Positions 36,403 through 47,790 are shown, numbered from the stretch's first letter. The stretch is DNA of 64,000 bases from an uncultured Actinomycetes bacterium (GCA_963794695.1 CAWCFJ010000008.1:435590-499589); one strand, 5' to 3'. Made by a program: numbers and translations. The notes: generated from the sequence alone by a model not told the origin.

Positions 36403-37082
36403 TCAGGCGCTGGGCGCTCCAGTACCAGTCGAGCAGGCTGTGCCCGAAGAGCAGCGCCAGCAGGCCGCCGAGGGCCAGGAACGGGCCGAGCGGGAGCGTC
36501 TGCTTGCGGCCGCCCCTCACCCCGAAGCGGGCCAGCACCAGGATCGACGGGACCGCTGCCAGCAGCAGCCCGGACATCAGGGCGACCGAGACGGCCCGGC
36601 CGAGGAACGCGCCCAGCATCGCGGCCAGCTTGACGTCGCCCATCCCCATCCCGCCGGGCGAGAAGACCGCGACGGCGAACAGCAGCAGGAAGGCCAGCGA
36701 GCGTGGCCAGCACGAGCTCGAGCCAGCGGTCCGGCTCGAGGGTCAGCTGCAGCGCCAGCCCGAGCGGCGGTGCCGATGAGGACGAGCCGGTTCGGCACGA
36801 TCCGGTAGCGCAGGTCGATCGCCGTCACCCCGACCAGCAGGGCGCACAGCACGAGGCCCGGGGCGAGGGCGACCTGCCAGCCGAGCACGAGGCCGGTGGC
36901 GGCGAAGGCGAGCGGCGCTGCCGACGACCAGCACCGGCGTGGCGGTCGCGTGGTCGGTCCAGCGCGGCTGCTCGTTGGCGTCCTCGGAGCGGCGGCCGAA
37001 GACCGGCACCAGCGGCCGCCAGGCGGCGCCCACGGCCGCGCCGAGCAGCGCCGCCAGGGCGGCGACGCAGGAGCGGGCTCAC
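36403..37082 (-). CDS. pilD: Prepilin peptidase (A24), frameshifted
   Basis: IDLRYRIVPN, GMGMGDVKL, PLGPFL. Confidence 0.85.
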
Positions 37083-37925
37083 GACGAGGCCCCGCGAGCG
37101 GCGGCCAGCATCACGTCGAGCGGCGCCTCGCGGCCGCACATCAGGCGGAAGGCGAGCGCGCCCTGGCGGGCCAGCAGCTCGAGGCCGTCGGCGACGGCCA
37201 CGGAGGCCGTGCGGGCGGCGCGCACGAGCGGCGTGTCCGAGCCGTCGGCGCGGTAGGCGTAGTCGGCGACGATTCCCATGTCTGGGTACGTCATCGGCGG
37301 CGACGGGCAGGTTCTCCAGGTCCTGCAGGCCGCCGACCGGGGTGCAGTGGACGAGCGCGCCCCCGCCGGCGCCCGTCGAGGACTCGACGACCCGCACCCG
37401 GCCGAGCGGCCGCAGGTCGGCGGCGAGCGCTTCTGCGGCCTCGCGCCGCCGGGCCAGGAGCTGCAGCTCGGGGACGCCCGCGGCCAGCAGCGCGAACGCC
37501 GCGGCGCGCGCCGTGCCGCCGGCGCCGACCACCAGCGCGGGCCGCCCGAGCGCCGCGGGCGCCGCGGCCTGCAGCGCGTCCACCAGGGCCGTCCCGTCGG
37601 TCAGGTGGCCGTCGATCCGCCCACCGCCGAAGACCAGCGTGTTCACCGCGCCGGCGGCCTCGGCCTCGGCCGACAGCGAGTCGCACAGGCCGGCCGCCGC
37701 CGGCTTGTGCGGGATGGTCACGTTGGCGCCGTCGAACCCCAGCGCCGCCAGGCCGCGCACCCCGTCGGCCAGCCCCTCGCGGCGCACCCGCAGGGCGACG
37801 TAGCGCCGGTCGAGACCGAGCACGGCGTAGGCCGCGTTGTGCATCGCCGGCGAGCGCGAGTGCTCGACCGGGTCGCCCAGCACGCAGCAGAGGCGCGTCC
37901 GGCCGGAGATCGACTTCAGCCAGCC
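37079..37925 (-). CDS. aroE: Shikimate dehydrogenase, frameshifted
   Basis: GDPVEHSRSPAMHN, NVTIPHK, AVNT, GAGGTAR. Confidence 0.92.
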
Positions 37926-38936
37926 GGGTGCTCCGTCTGGTACTGCTGGAAGGCCGCGTAGCTCGCCGTGAAGAAGTGGCGGTGCTTCGGGTCGTGCGGG
38001 ATCGCGACGTAGTACAGGTACGGCACCTTCGCCGGGTGCGCCGCCGCCTGCAGCGACGCCAGCCCGGGGTTCGAGATCGCCGTCGGCGGCAGCCCGGGCC
38101 GGTCGCGCGAGTACGCACCGGCGTGCTTCAGGTCGGCCGCCGTCGGCACCCGCCACGACCCGGCCGCGTACTGCACCGTGGCGTCGATCCCGAGCGGCAT
38201 GTGCTGGTGCAGCCGGTTGTAGATCACCGCGGCGATCTTGGCCCGGTCGCCCGGGTAGCGGGCCTCGCGCTCGATCAGCGACGCGATGATCACGACGTCG
38301 TAGCGCGTCAGGTGCTTCTTCGTCGCGGCGGCGAAGTCGACCCTGCGGATCGCCGCGGCGAACGCGTCGAGCTGCTGGCCCACCAGCCGGTTGGCCGACG
38401 GGGGCCGGCGCACGTCGAAGGTCGCCGGGAACAGGAAGCCCTCCATGTCCAGGCGCTCCTTGCCGGTCGGCCTGAACCCGGCAGGCGGCCGGGCCCGGTG
38501 CACCGCGGCCAGGTAGGACTTCCGCGAGATGCCGACCTTCGGCGCGAGGCGGGCGATGTCGGTGATCCGCAGCCCCTCGGGCACCGTGAGCTTCTTCGAG
38601 GCCACCCGCGGCGTCTGCGGGCCGTCGGTGAGCGTCTTGATGATCACCGCGTACGGCTCGTTGCGGTGCAGCCGGTAGGTGCCGGGCTGCAGGCCGTCGC
38701 CGTCGCCGTTGATGCGCACCCGAAGGGCCCAGGCCTGGCCGTTCGAGACCACGCCGGCGGCTGTCCAGGATGTCGCCGATGCTCCCCACCCCGCTGCCCT
38801 CCGGGATGCGCACCGACACCACGGGGCCGATCGGGCCGGCGCCGCCGAGCAGCGTGCGGTCCAGGTAGCGGTACACCCAGAGGCCGCCGCCGATCAGGAC
38901 GATCACCCCCGCCAGGCCGAACAGCCGGCGCAGCAT
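37916..38936 (-). CDS. mltG: Endolytic transglycosylase MltG, one frameshift
   Basis: TM anchor, EGFLFPATF, ASLIERE, LGIDATVQY, GLPPTAISNPG. Confidence 0.92.
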
Positions 38937-39346
38937 CAGGGTTCTCCGGCTCGGAGGGCGCGGCTGTCGAGGAAGCCCTGCAGGAGCACGGCCGCTGCCG
39001 CCGGGTCGTCCGGGCGGTTCCGGGAGGTCGAACCCGTCCGTCGGGCCAGCTTCGTCGTGAACCGCTCGTCCTCGGTCTGTATCGGAGTGCCGCATCGCTT
39101 CCTGAGCCGTTCGACGAACGCCTCGGTCTCGGCCGCCTGCGGGCCGTGCTCCCCCCGGAGCGTGAGCGGCAGGCCGACGATCACGAGCTCGGGCGCCTCG
39201 CGCTCGATGATCGCAGACAGCTCGGCCAGACCCTTCGGCGTCCCGACCTTCAGCACCACGCCCAGCGGCCGGGCCAGCGTGCCCGTCGGGTCGCTGACGG
39301 CCACGCCGGTCCGGGCGCTCCCGTAGTCCAGCGCCAGCACCTTCAC
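38936..39346 (-). CDS. ruvX: Holliday junction resolvase-like RuvX/YqgF
   Basis: LALDYGSARTGVAVSD, VGLP, DERFTT. Confidence 0.92.
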   Translation of the reverse strand: MKVLALDYGSARTGVAVSDPTGTLARPLGVVLKVGTPKGLAELSAIIEREAPELVIVGLPLTLRGEHGPQAAETEAFVERLRKRCGTPIQTEDERFTTKLARRTGSTSRNRPDDPAAAAVLLQGFLDSRALRAGEP

Positions 39347-39353
39347 GCTGGCG

Positions 39354-41989
39354 TCAGGGCGCCGCGGTGAGCAGCTCGCGCGCCTGGTCGAGCGCCTCGG
39401 CGAGCCGCGAGGCGTCCTTGCCGCCGGCGCGGGCCATCTGCGGCCGGCCGCCGCCTCCGCCGCCGACGGTCGGGGCCACCGCCCGCACGACGGTCGCCGC
39501 CGAGAGCCCGGCGTCGACCGCCTCCTGCGAGAGGTTGGCCACGATCTGGACGTTGCCCTCCTCGTCGGCCGCGCCGAGCACCACCGCGGACGGGCCGAGC
39601 TTGCCCTTGACCCGGTCCGAGAACTGCAGGAGCGCGTCGCCGACGCGTGCCCGCGGGAGCCTCGGCGGCCAGCACCCGCAGGCCGTCGCCGCGGGCCACC
39701 GCCCGGGCCGCGAAGGCCTCGACGTCGGCCCCGCCGGCGGCCTTCACGCCGCCGCTCCTGGCCGCCTTCTCGAGCTCCTTGACCCGCGCCGTCAGCGCGG
39801 CCACCGCCTGCGGCAGCTCCTCGGGCGTGGTGCGGGCGGCGTGGGCGGCCTCCTCGGCGGCCCGCTCGCGCCCGCGCAGCAGGTTCAGGGCGGTGCCGTT
39901 GGTGACGGCCTCGATCCGGCGGACGCCCTGGGCGACCGACGACTCGCGGGTGATCTTGAACGGCCCGACCTCGGCGGTCGAGCGGGCGTGCGTGCCGCCG
40001 CACAGCTCGCGCGAGTAGTCGTCGATGTCGACCACCCGCACGATGTCGCCGTACTTCTCGCCGAACAGCATCGTCGCCCCGAGCGTCCGGGCCTCGTCGA
40101 TCGGCACCTCGTAGGCCCGCACCGGCCGGTTCTCGACGACCGTCTGGTTGACCTCGTCCTCGACCGCCTTCAGCTCCTCGGCGGTCATCGGCTTCGGATG
40201 GGTGAAGTCGAAGCGCAGCCGGTCGGGACGCACCAGCGAGCCCGCCTGGCGGACGTGGTCGCCGAGCGCGTTGCGCAGCGCGCGGTGCAGCAGGTGGGTG
40301 CCGGTGTGGTTCGCCACCGTCGGCCGGCGGTGGCTCGCCTCGACCCGGGCCCGCACGCGCTCGCCGGAGCGAAGCTCGCCGTGCTCCAGGCGCACCGTGA
40401 GGGCCTGGTCGCCGTCGAGCCGGTGCACGGCCTCGACGCCGGCCCGGGCGGAGTCGGTCTCGATCGTGCCGACGTCCGAGACCTGGCCGCCGCCCTCGGG
40501 GTAGAACGGCGACTCGCGCAGCTTGACCAGCACGCGTCCCTCGCCGAGGTCCTCGACGGCCCCGATGCTGCGTCTCGAGGTCGAGCGTCTGGAAGCCGCG
40601 GAACTCGGTCCGGAAGCCGGCCCGGGTGACGAACGCCGCGAGCCGCTCGGCCTCGCCGTCGCCGCCGCGCCTGGCGGCCGCCCGGGCGCGCTGGCGCTGC
40701 TCGTCCATCAGCTCGGCGAAGCCCACCTCGTTGACCGTCAGGCCGGCCTCCTCGGCGATCTCGGCGGTGACCTCGATCGGGAAGCCGTAGGTGTCGTGCA
40801 GCCGGAACGCGTCCTCGGCGGGAATCGCCGTGGCGCCCGCGGCCTTCGTCCGCTCGATGACCTCGTCGAGCAGCTTCGAGCCGGTCTCGAGGGTGCGCGA
40901 GAAGCGCTCCTCCTCGGCCTCGAGCAGCAGCCGCACGTCCTCGCGGTGCTGCGAGAGCTCGGGGTACAGGTCGCCCAGGGTCTCGATGACGACGTCCTGC
41001 AGCCGGCCCAGGAACGGCGTCTCGAGGCCGATCCGGGAGCCGTGCTGCACGGCCCGGCGGATGATCCGGCGCAGGATGTAGCCGCGGCTCTCGTTCGACG
41101 GGATGACCCCGTCGGTGGCCAGCATGGTCATCGCCCGGCCGTGGTCGGCGAGCACCCGCAGGGCCTTCTGCTCGGCGCCCTCGTTCGCGTAGCGCGCGCC
41201 CGACCACCCCTCGGCGGTCTCGATGATCGCCCGGAACGCGTCGGTCTCGTACACCGAGTGCACGTCCTGCAGGAGCGCGGCGACCCGCTCGACGCCCGAG
41301 CCGGTGTCGATGTTCTGCTTCGGCAGCGGCGTCAGGGACCCGTCCTCGCCGCGGTCGAACTGCATGAACACGAGGTTCCAGTACTCGAGGAAGCGGTCGC
41401 ACTCGCAGCCCGGGGCGCAGTCGTCGCGGTCGCAGCCGTGCTCGACGCCGCGGTCGTAGTACAGCTCCGAGCACGGCCCGCACGGGCCGGTCGGGCCGGC
41501 GGCCCAGAAGTTGTCGCCGCCGAGGGCCACGATCCGCTCGGGCGGGACGCCGATCGCGAGCCACAGGTCGCGGGCCTCGTCGTCCTGGCCGAGCCGCTCG
41601 TCGCCGCGGTAGATGGTGGCCCAGATCCGCGCCGGATCGAGCCCCCACACGCCGGTGGAGAGCTCCCAGGCGAACTGGACGGCGCCCTCCTTGAAGTAGT
41701 CGCCGAACGAGAAGTTCCCCATCATCTGGAAGAACGTGAGGTGCCGGGCGGTGTTGCCGACCTCGTCGATGTCGGTCGTCCGGAAGCACTTCTGGATCGA
41801 CGTGAGCCGCGGCCCCGGCGGCTGCTGCTGGCCGAGGAAGTACGGCTTGAACGGCTGCATCCCGGCGGTCGTCAGCAGCACCGAGGGGTCGAGGGTCCCC
41901 GGCACCAGCGAGGCCGACGGCACCGCCAGATGCCCCCGCTCGACGAAGTGGTCGGTGAAGCTCTTGGCGATCGCGCGGGAGTCCATCAT
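39354..41989 (-). CDS. alaS: Alanine--tRNA ligase, frameshifted
   Basis: AGMQPFK, HLTFFQMMGNFSFGDYFK, NHTGTHLL, ELCGGTH, GGGGG. Confidence 0.96.
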
Positions 41990-42037
41990 GGCGGGTCGCA
42001 GTCTACTGGCGGGCTCTGGGCGTACACTGGCTTGCGG

Positions 42038-42355
42038 ATGCTGGGAGAGGACGACACCGTCGACCGCGTGCACCGGACCCCACGGGCCAGTGCGCAGGTC
42101 GAGCCGCTCGACGACTACCTGGTCATCGAGCCGAGCGACGAGACCCACGAGACGGCGCACGGGCTGATCATCCCGGCGGCCTCCGAGAACCCCGCCCGCA
42201 GCGGCGTCGTGGTCTCGGTCGGCGACGACGTCCAGGGCATCTCGCCCGGAGACAAGGTCGTCTTCCCGCGCGGCGCCGGGATGGAGCTGCGGATCGCCGG
42301 CGAGCCGATCCTGCTCGTCCGCCGCCGCGAGCTCATCGCCCGCTACGCCGAGTAG
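42038..42355 (+). CDS. groES: GroES-family co-chaperonin (orphan)
   Basis: PLDDYLVIEP..ETAHGLIIP...GVVVSVG...GDKVVF. Confidence 0.8.
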   Translation: MLGEDDTVDRVHRTPRASAQVEPLDDYLVIEPSDETHETAHGLIIPAASENPARSGVVVSVGDDVQGISPGDKVVFPRGAGMELRIAGEPILLVRRRELIARYAE

Positions 42356-44053
42356 CTGGCCGCGTCGAGCACGACGTCCCGCTGGGGACGGTCGTAGCGC
42401 AGCGCCCCGTTCGGCCCGTCGACCACCACGTTCGGGTGGACGACGCCGGCCTCGAGCCGGGCGCCGGGGCCGAGCCGCAGGATCCCGCCCGCACCGCCGG
42501 GCGTGCCGAGCTCGGCGATCCGGGCGACGCCGCCGACCTCGAGCGTGCCGCCGCGGACGCTGCCGCCCGCGCCGACCGACACGTCGCCGCTCACCTTCAG
42601 GTGGCAGTTGACGGTGCCGCGGCCGGTGATCACGAGGTCGCCGGTGATCTCGGCGGTGGTCTGCTGCAGGGACGGTGACCTCGACCCGGGCGGTCTCCGC
42701 CGCCGTCGCCTCGAGCGCCTCGACGGCGCCGCGGACGAGCTGGACGAGCTCGCCGAGCAGCTCGATCTTCCCCTCGCGGACCGCGGCGTAGCGGCTCACG
42801 GACAGGCGCAGGGCGTCGGCCACGCCCGCGCCGACCAGGGCCCGCACACCGCCGGCGACGCCCGAGCCCTGGGCGAGGCGGGTGATCGCGCCGGCGCCGT
42901 AGCCGTCGAGCACGGCGGCGGCCGCGCGCAGCGGCGGCACCTGGGTCCCCCTGGCCCGGGCCGCGGCCAGCAGCTGCTCGAGCATGGCGTGCGACGTCGC
43001 GAGCTCGGCGGGAACCTCGCCGACGAGCGCGAGCACGCGGCGGGCAGCCTCGGCCGCGCCGCCGACGCGCAGCCTCGCGCCGATCACCGGCAGACGCGAA
43101 GATCCCCGAGCCCAGCAGCTCGAGCTCGGCCCGATCGACGACCCCGCCGACCCGCACCGTCCCGCGGGCGCGCAGCCGGCTGTCGGGGCCGATCGCGCCG
43201 GTCACGGTCAGGGCGCCGGCGGCGACGATCGGGCCGGCCGACGCGTCCAGCGACGGCAGGGTGGCCGCGGGCTCGACCCGCAGGGCCGACCCGTCGAGCA
43301 CGGCGAAGCCGTCGAGCGCGGCGTACAGCCCGCCGCCGATGAGCCTCGACGCCTGCGTTCTCGCGAGATCGTGACGGTGCGCGGGGCGCGCGCCGGCACG
43401 ACGGCGCCGTGCACGTCGCGGCCGTCGCGGCCCTCGCGGGCGGGCGTCAGCTGACCAGGAGCTTTCGGGCCTCGACGCTCCACAGCCCGGCGTTGGCGCT
43501 CGGCGCGGGCTTCTCGGCGAAGGCGATGGTCGAGTCGACCGGAGCGGCGGCGCGGGTGCCCCAGGCCACCTGCTCGGGGCGGCCCGTGTGGGTGCGGCAG
43601 CGCTCGAGCGCGTCGAGCCGGATGCCGTGGACGACGCCGTGCTCCTGCAGCACCCGGGCGAGCTGCTGGGCGGTCGGCGCGGGGCACGGGACGCGCTCCA
43701 CCACCAGCCGGCGCAGCACGAGCCGGTCGGTCGGCGGCGCGTCGGCCAGCCGGTAGCGCGTGCCCGGAAGGCGCTCGAAGCCGAGCGTGGCCGACATCCG
43801 GTCGGACGAGACGTCGACGTGCAGCTCGACCTTCGGGCTGTCGCTCGGCAGCTCGACGCGCACGGCGTCGCCCTCGCGCAGCGGCGTGCGGACGCTGCTC
43901 GGGCGCCTCGCCGTCGACCAGCACCACGACCCCCGCCTCCCAGTCGAGCAGGGCCGGCGCGCGGCCGCCGGCGGGCGGCTCGAACACGAGCACGCCACCG
44001 TGCACGGCGACGGTGCCGGGAGGAAGGCCAGGGCTGTTGGGCAGGGCGCTCAC
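42343..44053 (-). CDS. FapA/DUF342 family protein, frameshifted
   Basis: VSSDRMSATL, LQEHGVVHGI, VAWG..A..PVD, GRDVHG, and a beta-helix-like C-terminus. Confidence 0.65.
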
Positions 44054-44072
44054 GATGCTCGTGACCAGGAGG

Positions 44073-44160
44073 ATCGGCCCCCGGCGAGCGGACGCTTGAG
44101 GGCGACCGCTGCAGGAGACTCGCGTTTCCGCCTCAGCAAAAGGGGTGATCGTGCCGAAAA
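44073..44160. promoter_or_regulatory. Divergent sigma28/FliA-type promoters
   Basis: Minus: CTCA-N18-GCCGAT (44100-44073). Plus: CTCA-N17-GCCGAAAA (44132-44160). Confidence 0.55.
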
Positions 44161-44212
44161 GGGGAGAAGACCGATCTGCGAGGTCGCTCCTCGGAAGCAA
44201 AGGACGTCCAGC

Positions 44213-44473
44213 ATGCGCCACCCAACCGAACACGAGCTCAAGACGCGTCATGCGGCGCGGATCGCCCAGCTCGAGGAGCGGGAGGTCGGCGCCTGGAAGG
44301 AGTACCTCGCTGGCACCAGGTCCGGCGACGCGCTGCACTACGAGCAGAACGAGCCGTTCGCCTGGCGGCGGCTCAAGCGGATGCTCGCCGAGCTCGCCGG
44401 CGATCGGCGCCGTGCCGATTTCGAGCTCGACCGCGGCCTCGCCGAGGCCCGCGGCATCACGCGCGCCTCGTGA
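44213..44473 (+). CDS. Hypothetical 86-aa helical protein
   Basis: AAGGA SD; GTGA overlap with the next gene. Confidence 0.6.
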   Translation: MRHPTEHELKTRHAARIAQLEEREVGAWKEYLAGTRSGDALHYEQNEPFAWRRLKRMLAELAGDRRRADFELDRGLAEARGITRAS

Positions 44474-44949
44474 TCGACCTCCGGCTGCTCGCCGTCGAGG
44501 AGACCCGCCAGGCGACGCCGGCGGACCGTGCCGCCGCGCTCCGGCGCTGCTGCGGCCACCTCGAGGGCACCCCCGAGCTCGTCGACCGCGGCTTCCGCTT
44601 CTACCCGATGCCGGGCGGCGACCTCCCCCACTTCTTCTGCAGACGCCTCGAGCTCGGCAGCGGCCGCCTGGCCTCGCTCACCGTGCTCGCGGGCATCGAC
44701 ACGGCGACCGGCGACCCCGTGCTCGAGGACTGCCGCACCACCGCGGACGCCCGCGAGGCGCTCGCCGCAGGCCCGGCCGGCACCTGGCTCGTGCGCCTGA
44801 TGGTCGGCAACGCGACGGTGGCCTTCACCGAGCTCACCTCCCGCCTGGTGCGCGGCGACGCCGAGGCGTTCGCCGCGCTCTCCGACGAGCTGCTCGAGCT
44901 GCCCCTCCACCTGCGCCGGACCTGTCCGATCTGCAAGGCTGTTCGCTGA
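44470..44949 (+). CDS. Hypothetical protein, possibly Zn-binding
   Basis: CCGH near the N-terminus and CPIC at the C-terminus. Confidence 0.6.
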   Translation: MIDLRLLAVEETRQATPADRAAALRRCCGHLEGTPELVDRGFRFYPMPGGDLPHFFCRRLELGSGRLASLTVLAGIDTATGDPVLEDCRTTADAREALAAGPAGTWLVRLMVGNATVAFTELTSRLVRGDAEAFAALSDELLELPLHLRRTCPICKAVR

Positions 44950-44987
44950 GGGGCGCCAGCGCTCTCTCGCCCCTGCCGCGAATACCG

Positions 44988-46382
44988 ATGTCCCACGTCC
45001 TGAGCCCTCCCGCCCGCGCCGGCCTGCGCCGCACGGCGTTCCGTATCGGGCGGAGCATGCTGGTCAGGCGGGTCCACCTCCTGCTGGCGCTGGCCTTCTG
45101 GGGCACCCTCCTGAACGCCGACGGGGTCACCGTCGGCGGGATCGTCGAGACGGTCCTGCTGGCCGGCGGCTGGTGGCTGGCGCTCGAGGCGACCGCGCTG
45201 CACGAGCAGAACCAGCTTCGCTCCGGCGCCTGGACGGCGATCCAGCTCGCCGGCGCCTCGGCCTTCTACGTGGTCGGGGTGCTCGCCCTCTCCACCGTCG
45301 CCGACCTGCCCGTCTCGAACGGCCACCTGGTGGCCGGCGTGGCCGAGCTGGCGGTGATCGCCTACGTCTGGCAGGTGATGGTCGCCGCAGGGCTCGGGCT
45401 CGGCCGGCCGCTGCGCTGCCTGGTCATCGGCTCGCCGTCGTCGGCCCGCCTGCTGCTGCGCGAGCCGCTCGCGCCCGGCGCGCTGGACTTCGAGATCGTC
45501 GGCCTGATCGACGACAACCCGCGCGACGGCGCTGCCCGCACGCTGGCCGGCGAGCTCCCCGTGCTGGGGACGCTGCACGAGCTCGAGCACGCCCTCGAGG
45601 CCGCCGACTGCGACCTCGTGGTGATCGGCGCCCGCACCGGCCGGCCGGCGGTCTTCCAGCGTCTCCTGGCCCTCTCCCACCTGAGCTTCAACGTGGTCGA
45701 GCTGCCGGAGTTCTTCGAGCAGAAGTTCGGCCGGGTGCCGGTCGAGGAGATCACCTCGGTCTGGTTCCTGCACGCCCTGAACGTGGCCAACCGCGGCATC
45801 TCGGCGGCGCTCAAGCGGATCCTCGACCTGGTCGTGGCGCTCGTGCTGCTGGTCATCTCGGCGCCGCTGATGCTGCTCACCGCGCTGGCCGTCAAGCTCA
45901 CGAGCCCGGGTGCGGTGCTCTACAGCCAGCAGCGGGTCGGCGAGCACGGCCGGGTCTTCACCTGCGTCAAGTTCCGCTCGATGCGCGACGACGCCGAGAC
46001 CGACGGCGCGGTCTGGGCCGAGGAGGAGGACCCGCGCACGACCCGCGTCGGCCGCTACCTGCGCCGCTACCGGATCGACGAGCTCCCCCAGCTGTGGAAC
46101 GTGCTGCGCGGCGAGATGACGATGGTCGGCCCGCGGCCCGAGCGTCCCGAGTTCGTGCGCCAGCTCGTCGACGCGGTGCCGTTCTACTCGCCGCGCCACC
46201 TCACGAAGCCGGGCCTGACCGGCTGGGCCCAGGTGTCGGCGGGCTACGCCGCGACGCTCGACGACGCCCGGCTGAAGCTCTCGTACGACCTCTACTACCT
46301 GAAGCACCGCGGGCTGGCGCTCGACCTCGCGATCCTCCTGCGGACGATCGGCGTCGTCCTGCGCGGAACCGGAGCCCGCTAG
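44988..46382 (+). CDS. Polyprenyl glycosylphosphotransferase (WcaJ/WbaP-like priming sugar transferase)
   Basis: TM region, KRILD, KFRSM, DPRTTRVG..LR..RIDELPQ, GPRPE, KPGLTGWAQ. Confidence 0.92.
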   Translation: MSHVLSPPARAGLRRTAFRIGRSMLVRRVHLLLALAFWGTLLNADGVTVGGIVETVLLAGGWWLALEATALHEQNQLRSGAWTAIQLAGASAFYVVGVLALSTVADLPVSNGHLVAGVAELAVIAYVWQVMVAAGLGLGRPLRCLVIGSPSSARLLLREPLAPGALDFEIVGLIDDNPRDGAARTLAGELPVLGTLHELEHALEAADCDLVVIGARTGRPAVFQRLLALSHLSFNVVELPEFFEQKFGRVPVEEITSVWFLHALNVANRGISAALKRILDLVVALVLLVISAPLMLLTALAVKLTSPGAVLYSQQRVGEHGRVFTCVKFRSMRDDAETDGAVWAEEEDPRTTRVGRYLRRYRIDELPQLWNVLRGEMTMVGPRPERPEFVRQLVDAVPFYSPRHLTKPGLTGWAQVSAGYAATLDDARLKLSYDLYYLKHRGLALDLAILLRTIGVVLRGTGAR

Positions 46383-46870
46383 CCAGCCTCGACCGGCGGC
46401 GCGGGAGGCAGGATCGCGTCGGCGAGCCCCTCGCGGTCGGCGATCTGCCGCAGGAGCCGCTCGAGCTCCGCGCGCTGGTCGGGCTCGAGCCCGCCGAGCA
46501 GCTCCTCCTCCTCGGCTGCCGCGGCGGCCACGGACTCCTCCAGGCACGAGCGTCCGCGGCGCGTCAGGAACAGGCCGTAGGCCCGGCGGTCGTTCGGGTT
46601 GCGACGTCGCTCGGCGAGGCCCCGCTGCTCGAGGTCGTCGATCAGCGCGACCATGCGCGGCGCGGCGAGCTGCAGGCGGCTCCCCACCGCCTGCTGGGTC
46701 GCCCCCTCGAGCGCCGCGACGGCCCGCAGCACCCCGTAGTGGCGGGGCTCCAGCCCGAGCGGCTCGAGCCGCTCGGCGAGGCGCCGGGCGGCGTGGTAGC
46801 CGAGCTGCACCAGCAGGAACCTGACGCCGTCCGGTGGGCGCACCTCGCGACGCGGCGGTTCCGACCCCAT
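46379..46870 (-). CDS. MarR family regulator
   Basis: IDDLEQRGLAERRRNPNDRRAY..LT. Confidence 0.88.
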   Translation of the reverse strand: MGSEPPRREVRPPDGVRFLLVQLGYHAARRLAERLEPLGLEPRHYGVLRAVAALEGATQQAVGSRLQLAAPRMVALIDDLEQRGLAERRRNPNDRRAYGLFLTRRGRSCLEESVAAAAAEEEELLGGLEPDQRAELERLLRQIADREGLADAILPPAPPVEAG

Positions 46871-46895
46871 GGCGCATCCTAGCGATGCAGGTTGA

Positions 46896-47592
46896 TCAGG
46901 CCTCGACGAGGTGCCCGTCGGGCCCCACGTCGATTCCCCGCTCCGCGAGCTGCTCGCGGATGAGGAACTGGAACGTCGACCACGCGCCGCGGCGCGCCTC
47001 GAACATCCGGTAGACCTGCCACTCGGTGAGCAGGCTCGCGTCGGTCTTGCGGGCCTCGGCCCAGTCCGAGAAGCGCGGCAGCCGGCCCGAGCGGATCGCC
47101 AGCACGACGCCCTGCTCGATGGCCCGGGCGAGCCGCTCGGCGCCGACGGGGACGTCGAAGCCGGCCTCGCGCAGGGCGTTGTTGAGCGAGCCGAACGTGT
47201 GCCAGTAGAGCGACTTCGAGGGCATCGAGGCCTTGCGCTGCTCGAGGTCCTTGGCCGTCGGGGTGCGGCCGAGCTCGCTCGCCGAGGTCGCGCAGCAGGC
47301 TGAGGAGCTCCTCGCGGGTGGCGAACCGCCGCGGCACGAGGCCGGCCTGGCGCTTGGCGTTGTTCCAGGTGCCGAAGTGCTCGATCACCGTCTGCGGGTG
47401 CACGGTGGTCTCGGCGTCGGCGGCGAACTCGCGCATCGTGGGCGAGCGGCCGAGACGCTCGGCGCAGGCACGAAGCTCGCCCAGGATCTGGTCGTCCGAG
47501 TAGCGCTTGCGCAGGTCCGCCTGGAACGCCGCCAGGCGCTCCGGGTCGATGTTCGTGATCTGCGGGTACCGCCCGCCACGCTGTGCGCTCAT
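46896..47592 (-). CDS. Homing-endonuclease-associated (HNH_repeat-like) triple-repeat protein, one frameshift
   Basis: 3x LGRxPT...(HFGTWNNAKRQAGL / TFGSLNNALREAGF / degenerate third). Confidence 0.75.
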
Positions 47593-47657
47593 CGGCGCCG
47601 TCCTTGTTCCGACATTGGAAGCCCACGCGTCGAGAGCGGGGCGAACCCTTCTCACGG

Positions 47658-47703
47658 ATCATAGAGCAATACCGAAAAACTGCAATCGCACCGCTTTCGA
47701 TTG
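47658..47703 (-). promoter_or_regulatory. Sigma70 promoter with overlapping inverted repeat
   Basis: TTGCAG-N16-TATGAT; CAATCG-N9-CGATTG overlaps the -35. Confidence 0.55.
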
Positions 47704-47790
47704 GTAAGGCTGCCCGTCGGGACCCTCACGCCGACGGCTCGTCAAGCCGGCACGACAGCGCCGAGCAGGGCCGCCGCGTAGACTGCGGCG

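Noticed and set aside
36896-39370. Long antisense or overlapping ORFs (e.g. 824 aa)
   Set aside because: Shadow ORFs of high-GC genes with no recognisable motifs.
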